Assembly: GCA_963555985.3 (NCBI GenBank)
Contig: OY820591.1
Span: 1,600,001-1,664,000, forward strand
Direction: 5' to 3'
DNA length: 64,000 nt
Source: Dehalococcoidia bacterium
Lineage (GTDB): Bacteria; Chloroflexota; Dehalococcoidia; Bin125
Below, in pieces: positions 8,240 through 17,951 of the stretch (position 1 is its first letter; every line of letters begins with the position of its first letter). The notes under the pieces were generated by a model. It did no database searches. It saw only the letters and a program-made list of their open reading frames with translations, and was not told where the DNA came from. The position numbers and the translations under genes were made by a program.

Positions 8240-8367
8240 CTCTCCCCCCGCAGGGGGGAGATACAGAGGGGGGCGATCGTCGCGCTGAGCAGATAGGTGA
8301 CTCAGTGCGCGGCGCGGGGTTTCACCCCCTCTGTCACTTCGTGACATCTCCCCCTCAAGGGGGGGAT
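8240..8367. repeat. REP-like palindromic repeat, copy 3
   Basis: Direct repeat of copies 1 and 2 on the other side of the DUF559 gene. Confidence 0.85.
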
Positions 8368-9518
8368 CAGGCCCCCACCGCAACCTTCACGTTCGCCGGC
8401 AACCTCGACGTGAACACCTCCACTGCCTCCCTGACCATCTCCTCCAACACTTCCGCCGCCGGACGCAGCTCGTGCAGCAATCCTGAGATCTGGCCCGCCG
8501 CGTTCATCAACAGGTCTTCCCGCTCGCCTTGCTTGGCAGCCTCTGCGATATCCGCAATGAGCAAACCTTGGAGACCCATCGGCAATGCTTGCGTGCCGGA
8601 GCCTTCCCATGCTTCGATGAGTTCGTTGGTGATGTTGCGCATGGTCTTGCCGGAGTACAGCCGCGTCACCCGCGTGTCTTCGTCGTTGGCGGCGAGGATG
8701 CGGCGCTTGCGGAACTCGTCGAGATTGGCCTCTTGGGTGGGGATGAAGACGGTGCCGCACCAGACGCCCACACAGCCCATCGCCAACGCAGCCGCTAATC
8801 CCCGACCGTCGCCGATGCCTCCGGCGGCGATCACCGGCTTGGGGCTGACCGCATCGAGCACCTGCGGGAGCAGGGCCATCGTGCCGATCCGGCCGGTGTG
8901 ACCGCCGGCCTCGTGACCCTGCGCGACCACGATGTCGGCGTTGCCGTCGGAGACGCGGCGGGCGTTCTTGACGTTGCCCACGAGTGAGATCACCTTGCCG
9001 CCCGCTTCGTGCACTTGATCGACGAACGGGGCAGGATTGCCCAAACCGGTCGCGAGTACGGGCACTCTCATGCCGGTGATCGTGTCCACCTGATCCTGGG
9101 GAGTGAAGCGGGGCACGCGCACATCGGCGCGCGGCGCCTGGACATCGGGCAGTTCGAGGTTGACGCGAATCTCGCCGATCAAGTCCTTGTGCTCTTCGGG
9201 GAGTAAGTCGCGCGGGTCTTTGGGGCGCTGGCGTCCACTCGGGCGGCTGGCGACGTTGGAGGGCACGAGAATGTCGACACCGAAGGGTCGATCGGTGAGG
9301 TCCTGGATGCGCTTGATCTGCGCTTCGAGACGGTCGGGCGGGAATCCGGCAGCGCCGAGCACGCCGAGTCCGCCCGCGTTCGAGATCGCCGCGACCAGCT
9401 CGGGCCCGGCGACGCCGCCCTGTCCGCCGCCCACGGTCGGCCCCATCCCGGCCAGACAGATCGGGTACTCGATGTCAAGCAGGTCGCAGAGTTCGGTGTG
9501 GAGGACGGGGCGGGTCAT
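8367..9518 (-). CDS. Nitronate monooxygenase / FabK-like flavin oxidoreductase
   Basis: YPICLAGMG, ISNAGGLGVLG, AQGHEAGGHTG, IAAGGIGDGRG, AGQISGL; start at ATG 9518. Confidence 0.9.
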   Translation of the reverse strand: MTRPVLHTELCDLLDIEYPICLAGMGPTVGGGQGGVAGPELVAAISNAGGLGVLGAAGFPPDRLEAQIKRIQDLTDRPFGVDILVPSNVASRPSGRQRPKDPRDLLPEEHKDLIGEIRVNLELPDVQAPRADVRVPRFTPQDQVDTITGMRVPVLATGLGNPAPFVDQVHEAGGKVISLVGNVKNARRVSDGNADIVVAQGHEAGGHTGRIGTMALLPQVLDAVSPKPVIAAGGIGDGRGLAAALAMGCVGVWCGTVFIPTQEANLDEFRKRRILAANDEDTRVTRLYSGKTMRNITNELIEAWEGSGTQALPMGLQGLLIADIAEAAKQGEREDLLMNAAGQISGLLHELRPAAEVLEEMVREAVEVFTSRLPANVKVAVGA

Positions 9519-9628
9519 GGTGGCTGCCAGTCGTTGCGTCGGGAGGGTGTTTGTCGCTGCATTGTTCCTGTGTCGGCGCACGCGGTCAATCGCGCAGGCT
9601 GCGGAGGAGGCGGGAGTAAGATGGGCGC

Positions 9629-9838
9629 ATGATGATCCGGGCTGCGCTGACTGCGGCGTTGGGGTTCGCGGCAACACTGGCGCTGCGAATCTGGGCGCGT
9701 CTGCGCAAGCCGCTCCTGATTGTGATTGGCGCAGTGATCCTGGTGATGTTGCTAATCGCGGTCTTGCAGTCGGGACTTGGCGTAGACAGTGAACAGACGA
9801 TCAAGGACAGTCAGCGCCCGGAGATCGTGGGCGATTGA
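9629..9838 (+). CDS. Small membrane protein
   Basis: Two hydrophobic segments; GGAG upstream; co-oriented with the following genes. Confidence 0.45.
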   Translation: MMIRAALTAALGFAATLALRIWARLRKPLLIVIGAVILVMLLIAVLQSGLGVDSEQTIKDSQRPEIVGD

Positions 9839-9860
9839 CGAGAGAGGAGCATGAGCCGCT

Positions 9861-10208
9861 ATGCCTCGACCGAGCGAGGGTCTGATTGACGAAGCGAGCG
9901 AGTGGATCGCCGAGCAGCTCTCGGAAGAGGGCCTGATGGTGACGTCCGGATTCGTCGATCTGGTGCTGCGGATGGAGTGGGACTCGATTGACGCCGGTGT
10001 GGACGGCGAGGATCGCACGGCGGTCGTCGCGGCGGTGATGGAGCGAATGCAGCAGGAGAACATCCTCGTTGGGCCGCCGCCGGACACGCTCTCGACCGAC
10101 GGGATCGATACCTCCCAGATCCGGCCGGTACCGCCGCAGTTCGTGGAGCAGGTGTTGTCCTGGGAGGACGAATTCCTCGGTTTCGCCGGCATCTCGCGGA
10201 GCGGGTAG
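9861..10208 (+). CDS. Hypothetical acidic protein
   Basis: GAGGAG upstream, coding-like composition, 5 nt before the ferredoxin gene. Confidence 0.6.
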   Translation: MPRPSEGLIDEASEWIAEQLSEEGLMVTSGFVDLVLRMEWDSIDAGVDGEDRTAVVAAVMERMQQENILVGPPPDTLSTDGIDTSQIRPVPPQFVEQVLSWEDEFLGFAGISRSG

Positions 10209-10213
10209 AGATC

Positions 10214-10534
10214 ATGTTTGGGTCGCAGCACACGGTCACGGTCGAGCCGTCGGGTTTGGTGGTCGAGGTGCCGGAGGGTGAGCGTCTGATGCAGGCCGCC
10301 CGCGATGCGGGTTTGTGGTGGCCGAATCAGTGCGACATGCAGGCGCGCTGCGCGGGCTGTTTCGTGATCGTCCAGGAGGGAGCGGAACACTTCTCGGAGA
10401 TGGGCAGGGCGGAGCGTGAGGCGTTGCTCAATCAGCGCGGGCGGCGGGCGCTGGAGGAACCGGTCCGGCTGGCCTGTCAGGCAGGCGTCTACGGCGCGGC
10501 GATCGTGCGCAAGACCGGCGTTCGCGTCGCCTGA
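10214..10534 (+). CDS. 2Fe-2S ferredoxin
   Basis: CDMQARCAGC and RLACQ cysteine pattern. Confidence 0.88.
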   Translation: MFGSQHTVTVEPSGLVVEVPEGERLMQAARDAGLWWPNQCDMQARCAGCFVIVQEGAEHFSEMGRAEREALLNQRGRRALEEPVRLACQAGVYGAAIVRKTGVRVA

Positions 10535-10551
10535 GCGGGAGTGCGCAAGCG

Positions 10552-11484
10552 ATGCGGGGCATCAGAGGAATCGATCTGTCGCGGCTAGAGGCGTTTGTGG
10601 AGGTCGCCGAAGTGCGCTCGTTCTCGCGTGCTGCGGAGCGAATGAGTCTGACCCAGCCAACCGTGTCGACCCGGATCGGTCAGTTGGAGGCGCAGCTCGG
10701 GGTTGCGCTGTTCGAGCGCATGGGGCGGCGAGTAGCGCTCACAGACGCCGGGCGTGCGCTCTTGCCGCACGCGCAGCGCACCTTGCAGGCGGCGCGAGAC
10801 GCGGCTGAGGCGGTACACGCGCTCCGCGCAGGCGAGGGCGGCAGTCTGGTGATTGGGGCTGCGCCGACGGTGGGGACGTATGTCTTGCCGGCGCTGTTGC
10901 AACGCTTCACGGCGGCGCAACCGAATGTGACTGTGACCGTGCGCACGGGGCACTCCGAGGAGATCTCGCGGATGGTGTTGGACGACGAGGTGCAGTTGGG
11001 CTTCGAGCGCGTGCTGAGCCACCCGGAGATCGCGGCCGCGCCGCTCTACGAAGATGACATCGTGCTGCTGGCGAATCGCAGTCATGCGCTCGCGTCTCGC
11101 GGCCGCGCGAGCGTGGAAGAGGTGGCGCAGGAGTCGATGATCTTTTTCGATACGGGCTCGTCGTTCCATGGCCAGATCGAGGGAATGTTCCGCGGCGCGG
11201 GGGTGACGCCGCGCCTCACGCTGGATGTGGAGAGTCTGGAGCTGGCCAAGCGTCTGGCGCTGCGCGGTCTGGGCCTGGCCTTCCTGCCCCGCGTCGCGGT
11301 CGAAGACGAGCTCACGCGCGGCCAACTGGCGACGATCGAGATCGAGTCGGCCCGCCCCATCCGCCGCAGCATCGGCGTGATCTACCGCCGCCAGCGGGCG
11401 CTGAGCGACGCTGCGCTCTCATTTCTGGCGCTGGTTGGTCACGTTTTTGGCGTCGCCGCGGTACCGGAGGTGCCGGTTCGCTAG
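10552..11484 (+). CDS. LysR family transcriptional regulator
   Basis: SFSRAAERMSLTQPTVS HTH, LFER, LTDAG, substrate-binding domain. Confidence 0.95.
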   Translation: MRGIRGIDLSRLEAFVEVAEVRSFSRAAERMSLTQPTVSTRIGQLEAQLGVALFERMGRRVALTDAGRALLPHAQRTLQAARDAAEAVHALRAGEGGSLVIGAAPTVGTYVLPALLQRFTAAQPNVTVTVRTGHSEEISRMVLDDEVQLGFERVLSHPEIAAAPLYEDDIVLLANRSHALASRGRASVEEVAQESMIFFDTGSSFHGQIEGMFRGAGVTPRLTLDVESLELAKRLALRGLGLAFLPRVAVEDELTRGQLATIEIESARPIRRSIGVIYRRQRALSDAALSFLALVGHVFGVAAVPEVPVR

Positions 11485-12401
11485 GGCAGCAGCCTTGCTC
11501 TGTTATGTCTGCTCCGGGATGTCTGCTCCGGGATCATCGGCAACTCCGACTCATCCCGCAAGGCTCTGAGCACATCCACATCGGCCTTGCCCGGACCTTT
11601 CGTCTCATAACCCGGCACCTCCAGCAGCCAGGCGGCCTTGCGCAAGGTGCGGTTTCGCACCATGCGCCGGAAGGCGGGGAGGCCGATAGTGCCCTGGCCG
11701 AGGTTCTCATGCCGATCACGGCCCGAGCTGAGCGGCGTCTTGGAGTCATTGGCATGAATCGCGCTGAGCAGGTCGGCGCCGATCTCGCGGTTGAATTCGT
11801 CGATCGTCTCTTTGAGTCCCTGGATCGTGGCCACGTTGTAACCCGCCGCGTGCAGGTGGCAGGTATCGAGGCAGACGCGGACGCGGGGATGATCGACGGC
11901 ATCGATGATCGCGGCCAGTTCAGCGAATGTGGAGCCAACTGAACGTCCCGCGCCGGCGTTGTTTTCGAGCAGGAGCAAGGACTCGTCGGGCGTGCGCTCC
12001 AGCGCTTCGCGCATCGCCGCCGCAATCCGTGGCAGGGCGTGATCAAAGCCCGAGCCCATGTGGGAACCGACGTGAAAGATCACACCGGCCGCTCCAATGC
12101 GGGCGGCGAGCTCGAGCTCGGCAGTGAGCGTATCGGTGGACTTGCGCAGCAGTTCGTCGTCGGGGCTGGCGAGATTGATCAAGTAGACAGCGTGGATAAA
12201 GGCGGGGCCACGCTTGGTCTCCCGCAGCTTCTGGCGGAAGGCCTGCACATCCTCGTCAGGGTGGTGCTTACGCCGCCACTGCTGCGGGGCGGCGCCGAAG
12301 AGTTGGAACGACTCAGCGCCGATCGCGACGGCGTTGTCAACCGCCTTGTCGATCCGTCCGGCGGAAGAGACGTGCGCTCCCACAGCGGGGTTTCGAGGCA
12401 T
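11481..12401 (-). CDS. nfo: Endonuclease IV (AP endonuclease)
   Basis: VGAHVS, IHAVYLINLAS, LLENNAG, CLDTCH, HANDS, DRHENLGQG. Confidence 0.93.
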   Translation of the reverse strand: MPRNPAVGAHVSSAGRIDKAVDNAVAIGAESFQLFGAAPQQWRRKHHPDEDVQAFRQKLRETKRGPAFIHAVYLINLASPDDELLRKSTDTLTAELELAARIGAAGVIFHVGSHMGSGFDHALPRIAAAMREALERTPDESLLLLENNAGAGRSVGSTFAELAAIIDAVDHPRVRVCLDTCHLHAAGYNVATIQGLKETIDEFNREIGADLLSAIHANDSKTPLSSGRDRHENLGQGTIGLPAFRRMVRNRTLRKAAWLLEVPGYETKGPGKADVDVLRALRDESELPMIPEQTSRSRHNRARLLP

Positions 12402-12414
12402 ATGCAGGCTCCGG

Positions 12415-12726
12415 CTAGAGGCGCATGCGTCGCGCGGCCGCAGCGAGCAAGCGCCGAACGGGAGTGAGAATGGCTGCCGATTCGACTGCGCCGGTCAGTC
12501 GCTCGGGCGCAAGCTCAGGATCGGTCAGCCGGACGGTCGCCATCCCACTATCGAGACTGCATTCGGCTTCGGCAACGCCGTCAAGTAAACGCAGCGAGTC
12601 GCGTACCCGACGAGCGCAGATCGAGCAGACAAGACCATCAACGGCGAGCGTCGCCGTGGTCTCAGTGCGTCCGACCACACGCGCAGCGGGAACGGTGAAC
12701 AGGCGTCGCGGAATGAGTACTGACAT
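12415..12726 (-). CDS. Heavy-metal-associated (HMA) domain protein
   Basis: LAVDGLVCSICARRV CxxC motif. Confidence 0.75.
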   Translation of the reverse strand: MSVLIPRRLFTVPAARVVGRTETTATLAVDGLVCSICARRVRDSLRLLDGVAEAECSLDSGMATVRLTDPELAPERLTGAVESAAILTPVRRLLAAAARRMRL

Positions 12727-12877
12727 GACACCAGCCTAAGTCCGTCGGGCAAACCACGATCGCTCTTCCCTCATTGCGGGGAGAGAGGGCACGAAGTGCT
12801 AGAGGAGGTCGGCAGAACCAGTCACCTCCAACCCGACTGTGAGCCTCGCCACACTCCGATCAACCTCAGTTCCGACA

Positions 12878-13116
12878 CAGAACGCCTGTCCGTATAGGAT
12901 CGTCCGCATCTCACATTCCGCCTACAACCAACGGAGCCCGCCATGACCGCCAGAACCCGTCTGAAGGAACCAGGACAAACTCGGATGAGCGTCCCCAATT
13001 CCGCTCTAAACACCCCTCATCCAGAAGAATCTGGACAAATCTGGACTATCTCGGACTATCCCTCGCGTGTTTCCCAGCCCACGCCGACAAATTCACCCCG
13101 ACCGCTCGGAAATTCA
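12878..13116 (+). repeat. Dispersed element with decamer (TCTGGACNAW-like) repeats, copy A
   Basis: Colinear with the reverse complement of 51029-51270 (caaccaacgga..cgccatgacc, ccaggacaaactcgga, gaatctggac.aatctggactatctcggacta). Confidence 0.75.
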
Positions 13117-13181
13117 CCCGCCACTGCCAGGCCAACCGCTCACCGCCCCGGTTCGCACAGAGCTCCGTCGATCGAACAGGC

Positions 13182-14651
13182 CTACAGGCTGGCGCGCGAC
13201 TGCCATTCGAGCAGCCGGCTGACGGCGCGAGCGCAGGACTCGATGCTGTGGAAGCAGGCGATCCCGCGTTCATTCAGACGGGTCTGCAACGCAAGACCTC
13301 GCCCGAAGCCTTCGCCGGTTCGCGCCTGCCGGATCACGACTGCGAGCGGCTTCGGCAACTTCCCAACGACAGCTGCCAGGGAGTTAGCGGTGCGCTCCGC
13401 GAAATCGTCGTCGCGTTCCCGGCGGAACCCGCTTTCGACGCCCATGTGCAGCATGAGCCAGTCGATGTTGGGGTCGTCGGCAACAGCGGACAGCGCCGTC
13501 TCGACATGCTCGCCCTCGAACATGAAGCCCGCATCGAGCGGGTTGCGCACGGAAGTGCCTGCGATCGGGGTGAACTCGCTCAACTTGCGCTGGGTGTCCT
13601 GGCCGAACCAGGGCACGGGAATGCCGGCGCGATCGCAGATGTCGGCGGCGAGTACGGAGACGCCCCCTCCGCCTCCGAGAACGGCGCAGCGGGGACCGTG
13701 GAGGTTGGGCATTCGTTCGATCGTCACGGCGATATCGAGCAGTTCCTCAATGCTCTGCGCGGGAATGAAGCGTCCTTGGCGCTGGACTGCGTTCCAGATC
13801 TGCTCCGAACCCGCGAGCGAGCCAGTGTGCGAAGCGGCGGCTCGCGAGCCCGCCTCTGTGAGCCCGCCCTTGAGTACGACCAGGGGCTTGCGCTGCGGAC
13901 CGGGCCGGGCCATCTCGCGCGCGATCCGCAAGAAGCGGCGACCGTCGCGGATGCCTTCGAGATAGGCGAGGACGATCTCGGTGTCCGGATCCTGAGCGAG
14001 AAACTGGAGGAAGTCGGCTTCATTGAGGTCGGATGCATTGCCGAAGGAGGCCATATTGGAGAACAGGACGCCGCGGCGCACGCCTTCCGAGGCGACCTCG
14101 GAGGCGTTCATGCCCGATTGCGAGAGCATCCCTACGCGCCCGGGCATGGACGATGCCTCTGCCATCCAGCTCACACCGCCGCGAGTCGAATGAATGCCCA
14201 TGCAGTTGGGCCCGATCAAACGTATCCCGCCCGCGCGAAGCTTGGCCAACACCTGTTGCTCAAGCTCTGCCCGCTCGGCGCTGCCGGTCTCGCCAAAGCC
14301 GGCAGTGAAGAGATGGATCACCTTCACGCCTTTGACAACCGCATCGTCCACGAGACCGAGAATCGCCGAAGCCGGAACGGCGGAGATCACCGAGTCAACC
14401 GGTCCCGGGACGTCCAGGAGCGACTGATAGAGCGGCGTGCCGTCGGAGAGTTCCCCGCCCCTAGGGTTGAGGCAGTAGACGTTGGGCACGCGACCGAGCT
14501 TGCGGATGCCGCTGAGGAACATCTGCCCGCCGCCCCAGCCGGTGTTGCGCTGCGAGACGCCGGCGATGGCGATCGACTGGGGAGCGAATGCGGTTGCGAG
14601 CGCCCGCTGCGCGCCGGCTTCGCGCTCGGTTCCGGTTGCAATCAAGGTCAT
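13182..14651 (-). CDS. CoA-binding protein, ADP-forming acyl-CoA synthetase alpha-like
   Basis: FAPQSIAIAGVS, GIRLIGPNCMG, SQSG, ASFGNASD, AAASHTGSLAG. Confidence 0.9.
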   Translation of the reverse strand: MTLIATGTEREAGAQRALATAFAPQSIAIAGVSQRNTGWGGGQMFLSGIRKLGRVPNVYCLNPRGGELSDGTPLYQSLLDVPGPVDSVISAVPASAILGLVDDAVVKGVKVIHLFTAGFGETGSAERAELEQQVLAKLRAGGIRLIGPNCMGIHSTRGGVSWMAEASSMPGRVGMLSQSGMNASEVASEGVRRGVLFSNMASFGNASDLNEADFLQFLAQDPDTEIVLAYLEGIRDGRRFLRIAREMARPGPQRKPLVVLKGGLTEAGSRAAASHTGSLAGSEQIWNAVQRQGRFIPAQSIEELLDIAVTIERMPNLHGPRCAVLGGGGGVSVLAADICDRAGIPVPWFGQDTQRKLSEFTPIAGTSVRNPLDAGFMFEGEHVETALSAVADDPNIDWLMLHMGVESGFRRERDDDFAERTANSLAAVVGKLPKPLAVVIRQARTGEGFGRGLALQTRLNERGIACFHSIESCARAVSRLLEWQSRASL

Positions 14652-14699
14652 ATGCGAGCCTTCCCAATCGGCAGCGGTAGCGTATCAAGCGAGCCTCTG

Positions 14700-15329
14700 A
14701 TGACCGAAGTCACCGTCCCTTCCGAACTGGGTTCAATCGACGCCCTCTGGCATCCCCCGCCGCTCAGCGCCCGGCGTGGCGCAATCCTCTGCGTGGGCGG
14801 GTTCGACGGCGGCTTCGATGGTCCGGCGGAGAACATCTACACAGACCTAGCGGAGGTTCTGACGTTGCAGGGGATCGGCGTGCTGCGGCTGGACTTCCGC
14901 GTAAAGACGTCACCCGGCCCAATCGACGACGGTACCGCCGACGTGCTCGCAGGAATTGAGTGGTTAGCGGATCAGGGTCACAACCCAGTAGCGCTGCTTG
15001 GACACTCCTACGGCGGCGCGATCGTGATTCGCGCGGCAGCGCGATCCTCAGCAGTCGCCGGAGTCGCCGCGTTGGCGACGCAAACAGCCGGAATCGATCC
15101 GCCTGATCTGGATCGGATCGCGCCGCGCCCATTGCTGCTCATCCACGGCGCGGCAGATTGGCGACTAGCGGCGCGGCTCTCGCAGTGGGTCTACAGCATT
15201 GCCGGCGAGGGGCGCGAACTGCACATCCTCGAAGGCGCAACACACTCCCTGCGGCAGCGCCGAAGTGAGCTGTGGACTCTGTTGATCGACTGGCTGGAGC
15301 GGGTGTTGCCTCCTGCGACCGGCGGCTAG
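14700..15329 (+). CDS. Alpha/beta hydrolase
   Basis: GHSYGG, PLLLIHGAAD, GATH; real start at ATG 14700 within the long 13248 ORF. Confidence 0.85.
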   Translation: MTEVTVPSELGSIDALWHPPPLSARRGAILCVGGFDGGFDGPAENIYTDLAEVLTLQGIGVLRLDFRVKTSPGPIDDGTADVLAGIEWLADQGHNPVALLGHSYGGAIVIRAAARSSAVAGVAALATQTAGIDPPDLDRIAPRPLLLIHGAADWRLAARLSQWVYSIAGEGRELHILEGATHSLRQRRSELWTLLIDWLERVLPPATGG

Positions 15330-16717
15330 ATCGGCGGTCGCTGCCAGCCGCCGAGCGCAGATTCGAGCGCTCCGGCCAATGCCAGTGACACATCCTCGCG
15401 CCAGGGATGCGCGAGCACTTGGATGCCGATCGGCAGGCCCTCGGAGGATGTACCGCAGCGGACGACCGTTCCCGGCCAACCGGTGATGTTGTACGGACCG
15501 GTCCAGAACATGTTGCGCAGGTCTTGGTCGTAGGTGCGGCCATGCTCAGGCGCGGGAATCGCCGCGACGGGAGCCACGATGGCGTCGTACGGCTGGATGA
15601 ACTGGAGCATCTCGCTGCGGAACTGATCCTGATACTCGAGCGACTCGGTGAATTCGGGTGTGGAGGTGGGTTCCATCGTGGCGAATCCCTTCTCCAGGAA
15701 AGGAGACATCTCTTCAGTACCCCACTTCTTCAGCATCCGGTCGACCCAAGCCCTGCCGTCACCACCGCCCACGCGCGGCCAGAGATCCACGTACTCGCTC
15801 AGCGCCGGCGGCGCATCCTCGTCGACAGACTGAACGTGCTCAGCCAGCGCGGTCAGAGCCGCTTGGAGCGTCGCCAGCGTGTCTTCGTCCGGCGCGAGAT
15901 AGCCCTCCACATCGGAGTAGTAAGCGAGCTTGAGTCCGCTGAGATCCACATCAGCGGGATCGCCGAGTGGCATCGGGACGACGGTTGGGTCAATTCCGTC
16001 CGGCCCGGAGATGATCGGCAAGGCAAGCACGAGATCTTCGACATAGCGCGCCATTGGCCCGATGGTCGTCCACTCATCGATCGCGCCCATGCCCCAGGGG
16101 ACGATGTGACCGTGCCGCGAAACCCGGCCGGCGGTTGGCTTGATCCCGCAGATGCCGTTGAAGTGCGAGGGCAGACGAATGCTGCCGCCGGTGTCGCTGC
16201 CCATGTCGAGCGGCGATCCGCCCGCGCTGACGATCGCGCCTGCGCCGCCGCTGGAGCCGCCGCAAGTGCGCTCAGGATTGAAGGGGTTGCGGGTCTGGCC
16301 GTAGACGAGGTTGTCGGTTTCGCCAGAGAGCGTAAGTTCCGGCGTATTGGTCTTGCCCATCAGGATCGCGCCCGCTGCGCGGAGACGGGCAGCGACAGTG
16401 GAGTCAGCCTCCGGCACATAGTCCTTGCGACCGAGCGTGCCCCCGGTCGTGATCACTCCCTCAGTGTCGTGGGAATCCTTGAGTGTGATCGGCACGCCGT
16501 GCAGCGGCCCGAGGTCGTCGCCGCGGGCGAGTGCGGCGTCGGCCTCGGCTGCTTCGGTGCGGGCGCGGTCGGCGCAGAGTTGCACGACCGCATTGAGGGT
16601 GGGATTGACTTCGTCGATTCGCGCCAGATGCGCTTCCAGAACCTCCGAAGCGGAGACATCCTGGCTGCGAATCGCGGCGGCGATATCGGTCAGTGATGCG
16701 TAGATGAGCTCGTCCAT
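15326..16717 (-). CDS. Amidase (amidase signature family)
   Basis: GPLHGVPITLKD, GGSSGG, GSDTGGSIRLPS. Confidence 0.95.
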   Translation of the reverse strand: MDELIYASLTDIAAAIRSQDVSASEVLEAHLARIDEVNPTLNAVVQLCADRARTEAAEADAALARGDDLGPLHGVPITLKDSHDTEGVITTGGTLGRKDYVPEADSTVAARLRAAGAILMGKTNTPELTLSGETDNLVYGQTRNPFNPERTCGGSSGGAGAIVSAGGSPLDMGSDTGGSIRLPSHFNGICGIKPTAGRVSRHGHIVPWGMGAIDEWTTIGPMARYVEDLVLALPIISGPDGIDPTVVPMPLGDPADVDLSGLKLAYYSDVEGYLAPDEDTLATLQAALTALAEHVQSVDEDAPPALSEYVDLWPRVGGGDGRAWVDRMLKKWGTEEMSPFLEKGFATMEPTSTPEFTESLEYQDQFRSEMLQFIQPYDAIVAPVAAIPAPEHGRTYDQDLRNMFWTGPYNITGWPGTVVRCGTSSEGLPIGIQVLAHPWREDVSLALAGALESALGGWQRPPI

Positions 16718-16758
16718 GTGACTCTCCGTGGCGAGCGCCGCGAGAGACCTTGACGACC

Positions 16759-17565
16759 TCAGCGGCCTCTGAACTGGGCGGGACGCTTTTCGGCGAAGGC
16801 GGTCGTGCCCTCGCGCGCGTCCTCCGTGATCATGATCTCAGAATAAAGCTGCGACTCAAGGGTCATGCCGCTTGCGAAGCCCGACTCCAGCAGAACGCCT
16901 TCGTAGGCGGCTCGTTTGGAGGCTCGCACTGCAAGCGGCGCGTTCGAGGCGATCTCTTCTGCCCAGGCCTGCGCGGTAGGCAGCAGTTCTTCAGGGGGCG
17001 TGACGGCGTTGGCCAGACCAATCCGATGCGCCTCGGCGGCGTCGATGTGGTTGGCGCGGAGGAGGATTTCGAGCGCCTTGCCGAACGGCACGTAGCGGGC
17101 CAACCGCTGCACTTGTCCGCCGCCGGGCAGGAGTCCCCGCTTGGGCGCCATCGAGCCAATTCGCGCGGTCTCGCTCATGATCCGCAGATCGCAGGAGAGG
17201 GCAAGGGCGAACCCTCCCGCGAGACACCAACCGTTGATCGCGGCGATCACCGGTTTCCAGGTCTGGTCCGGTCCCCAGCTGGAGAGTCCGGCGGCGTTGG
17301 AGGGGTCGGACTCGCGCTTGGCGGCGGAGCGGGCGGCTCGATTGATCTCGTCGTTGTGCGCATCAGGACGGACCAGATCGCGACCGGCGCAGAAGGCGCG
17401 GCCCGCGCCGGTGATGATGGCGACGTGGAGATCGTCGTCGCGATCGAACTCGGACCAGAATTCGTCGAGTTGGCGCGACATTTCGGGATTGATCGCGTTC
17501 ATGCGCTCGGGGCGATCGAGCGTGACGGTGGCGATCTTGCCGTCGGTGGTGATGCGGACGGACAT
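16759..17565 (-). CDS. Enoyl-CoA hydratase/isomerase
   Basis: LDRPERMNA, AFCAGRDL, KPVIAAINGWCLAGG, AFAEKRPAQF. Confidence 0.92.
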   Translation of the reverse strand: MSVRITTDGKIATVTLDRPERMNAINPEMSRQLDEFWSEFDRDDDLHVAIITGAGRAFCAGRDLVRPDAHNDEINRAARSAAKRESDPSNAAGLSSWGPDQTWKPVIAAINGWCLAGGFALALSCDLRIMSETARIGSMAPKRGLLPGGGQVQRLARYVPFGKALEILLRANHIDAAEAHRIGLANAVTPPEELLPTAQAWAEEIASNAPLAVRASKRAAYEGVLLESGFASGMTLESQLYSEIMITEDAREGTTAFAEKRPAQFRGR

Positions 17566-17573
17566 CGTTTGGC

Positions 17574-17849
17574 CTAACCCCCCGCAACGGCGGGAACGAT
17601 CGAGACTTCGTCGCCCTGACCGAGTGCAGTGGCGAGCCCGTCCAGGAAGCGGACGTCCTCGCCGTTGACGAAGAGATTGACGAAGCGCCGAATCTCGCCG
17701 TCTTCATCTACGATTCGCTCGCCCATGCCGGGATACTCGGCCTCAAGGTTCTGGACGAGGGTCAGCAGGGTCTCGCCGTCTGCCTGAACGACGTCCTGCT
17801 GCCCGGTCAGGGCTCGCAGCGGAGTGGGGATGCGCACAGTGACGCTCAT
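17574..17849 (-). CDS. MoaD/ThiS family ubiquitin-like sulfur carrier
   Basis: VRIPTPLR, FVNLFVNGEDVR, C-terminal VPAVAGG. Confidence 0.92.
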   Translation of the reverse strand: MSVTVRIPTPLRALTGQQDVVQADGETLLTLVQNLEAEYPGMGERIVDEDGEIRRFVNLFVNGEDVRFLDGLATALGQGDEVSIVPAVAGG

Positions 17850-17951
17850 TGGAGTCAACTCACTTCCATGGCTAGCGGCATGTTCGTGCGTGGTATCGGT
17901 TCTGAGCGTACTGCGCGCCGGTTCAGCGGTCTGTGCGGTCGACTGCAACGG

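Noticed and set aside
8319-8348. Concatenated NN string of the array (reverse complement CGTTCACCCTCTGTTGACATC) resembles the neighbouring repeat TTCACCCCCTCTGTCACTTCGTGACATC
   Set aside because: Needs irregular gaps of 2 and 7 nt and fits no regular gapped code; treated as chance unless a shuffle test says otherwise
7571-8367. CRISPR array or IS ends
   Set aside because: Units are about 130 bp with nested palindromes, without regular unique spacers and without a transposase
13248-14699. N-terminal 484 aa of the 693-aa plus-strand ORF
   Set aside because: Antisense to the acyl-CoA synthetase; only the part from ATG 14700 has hydrolase motifs
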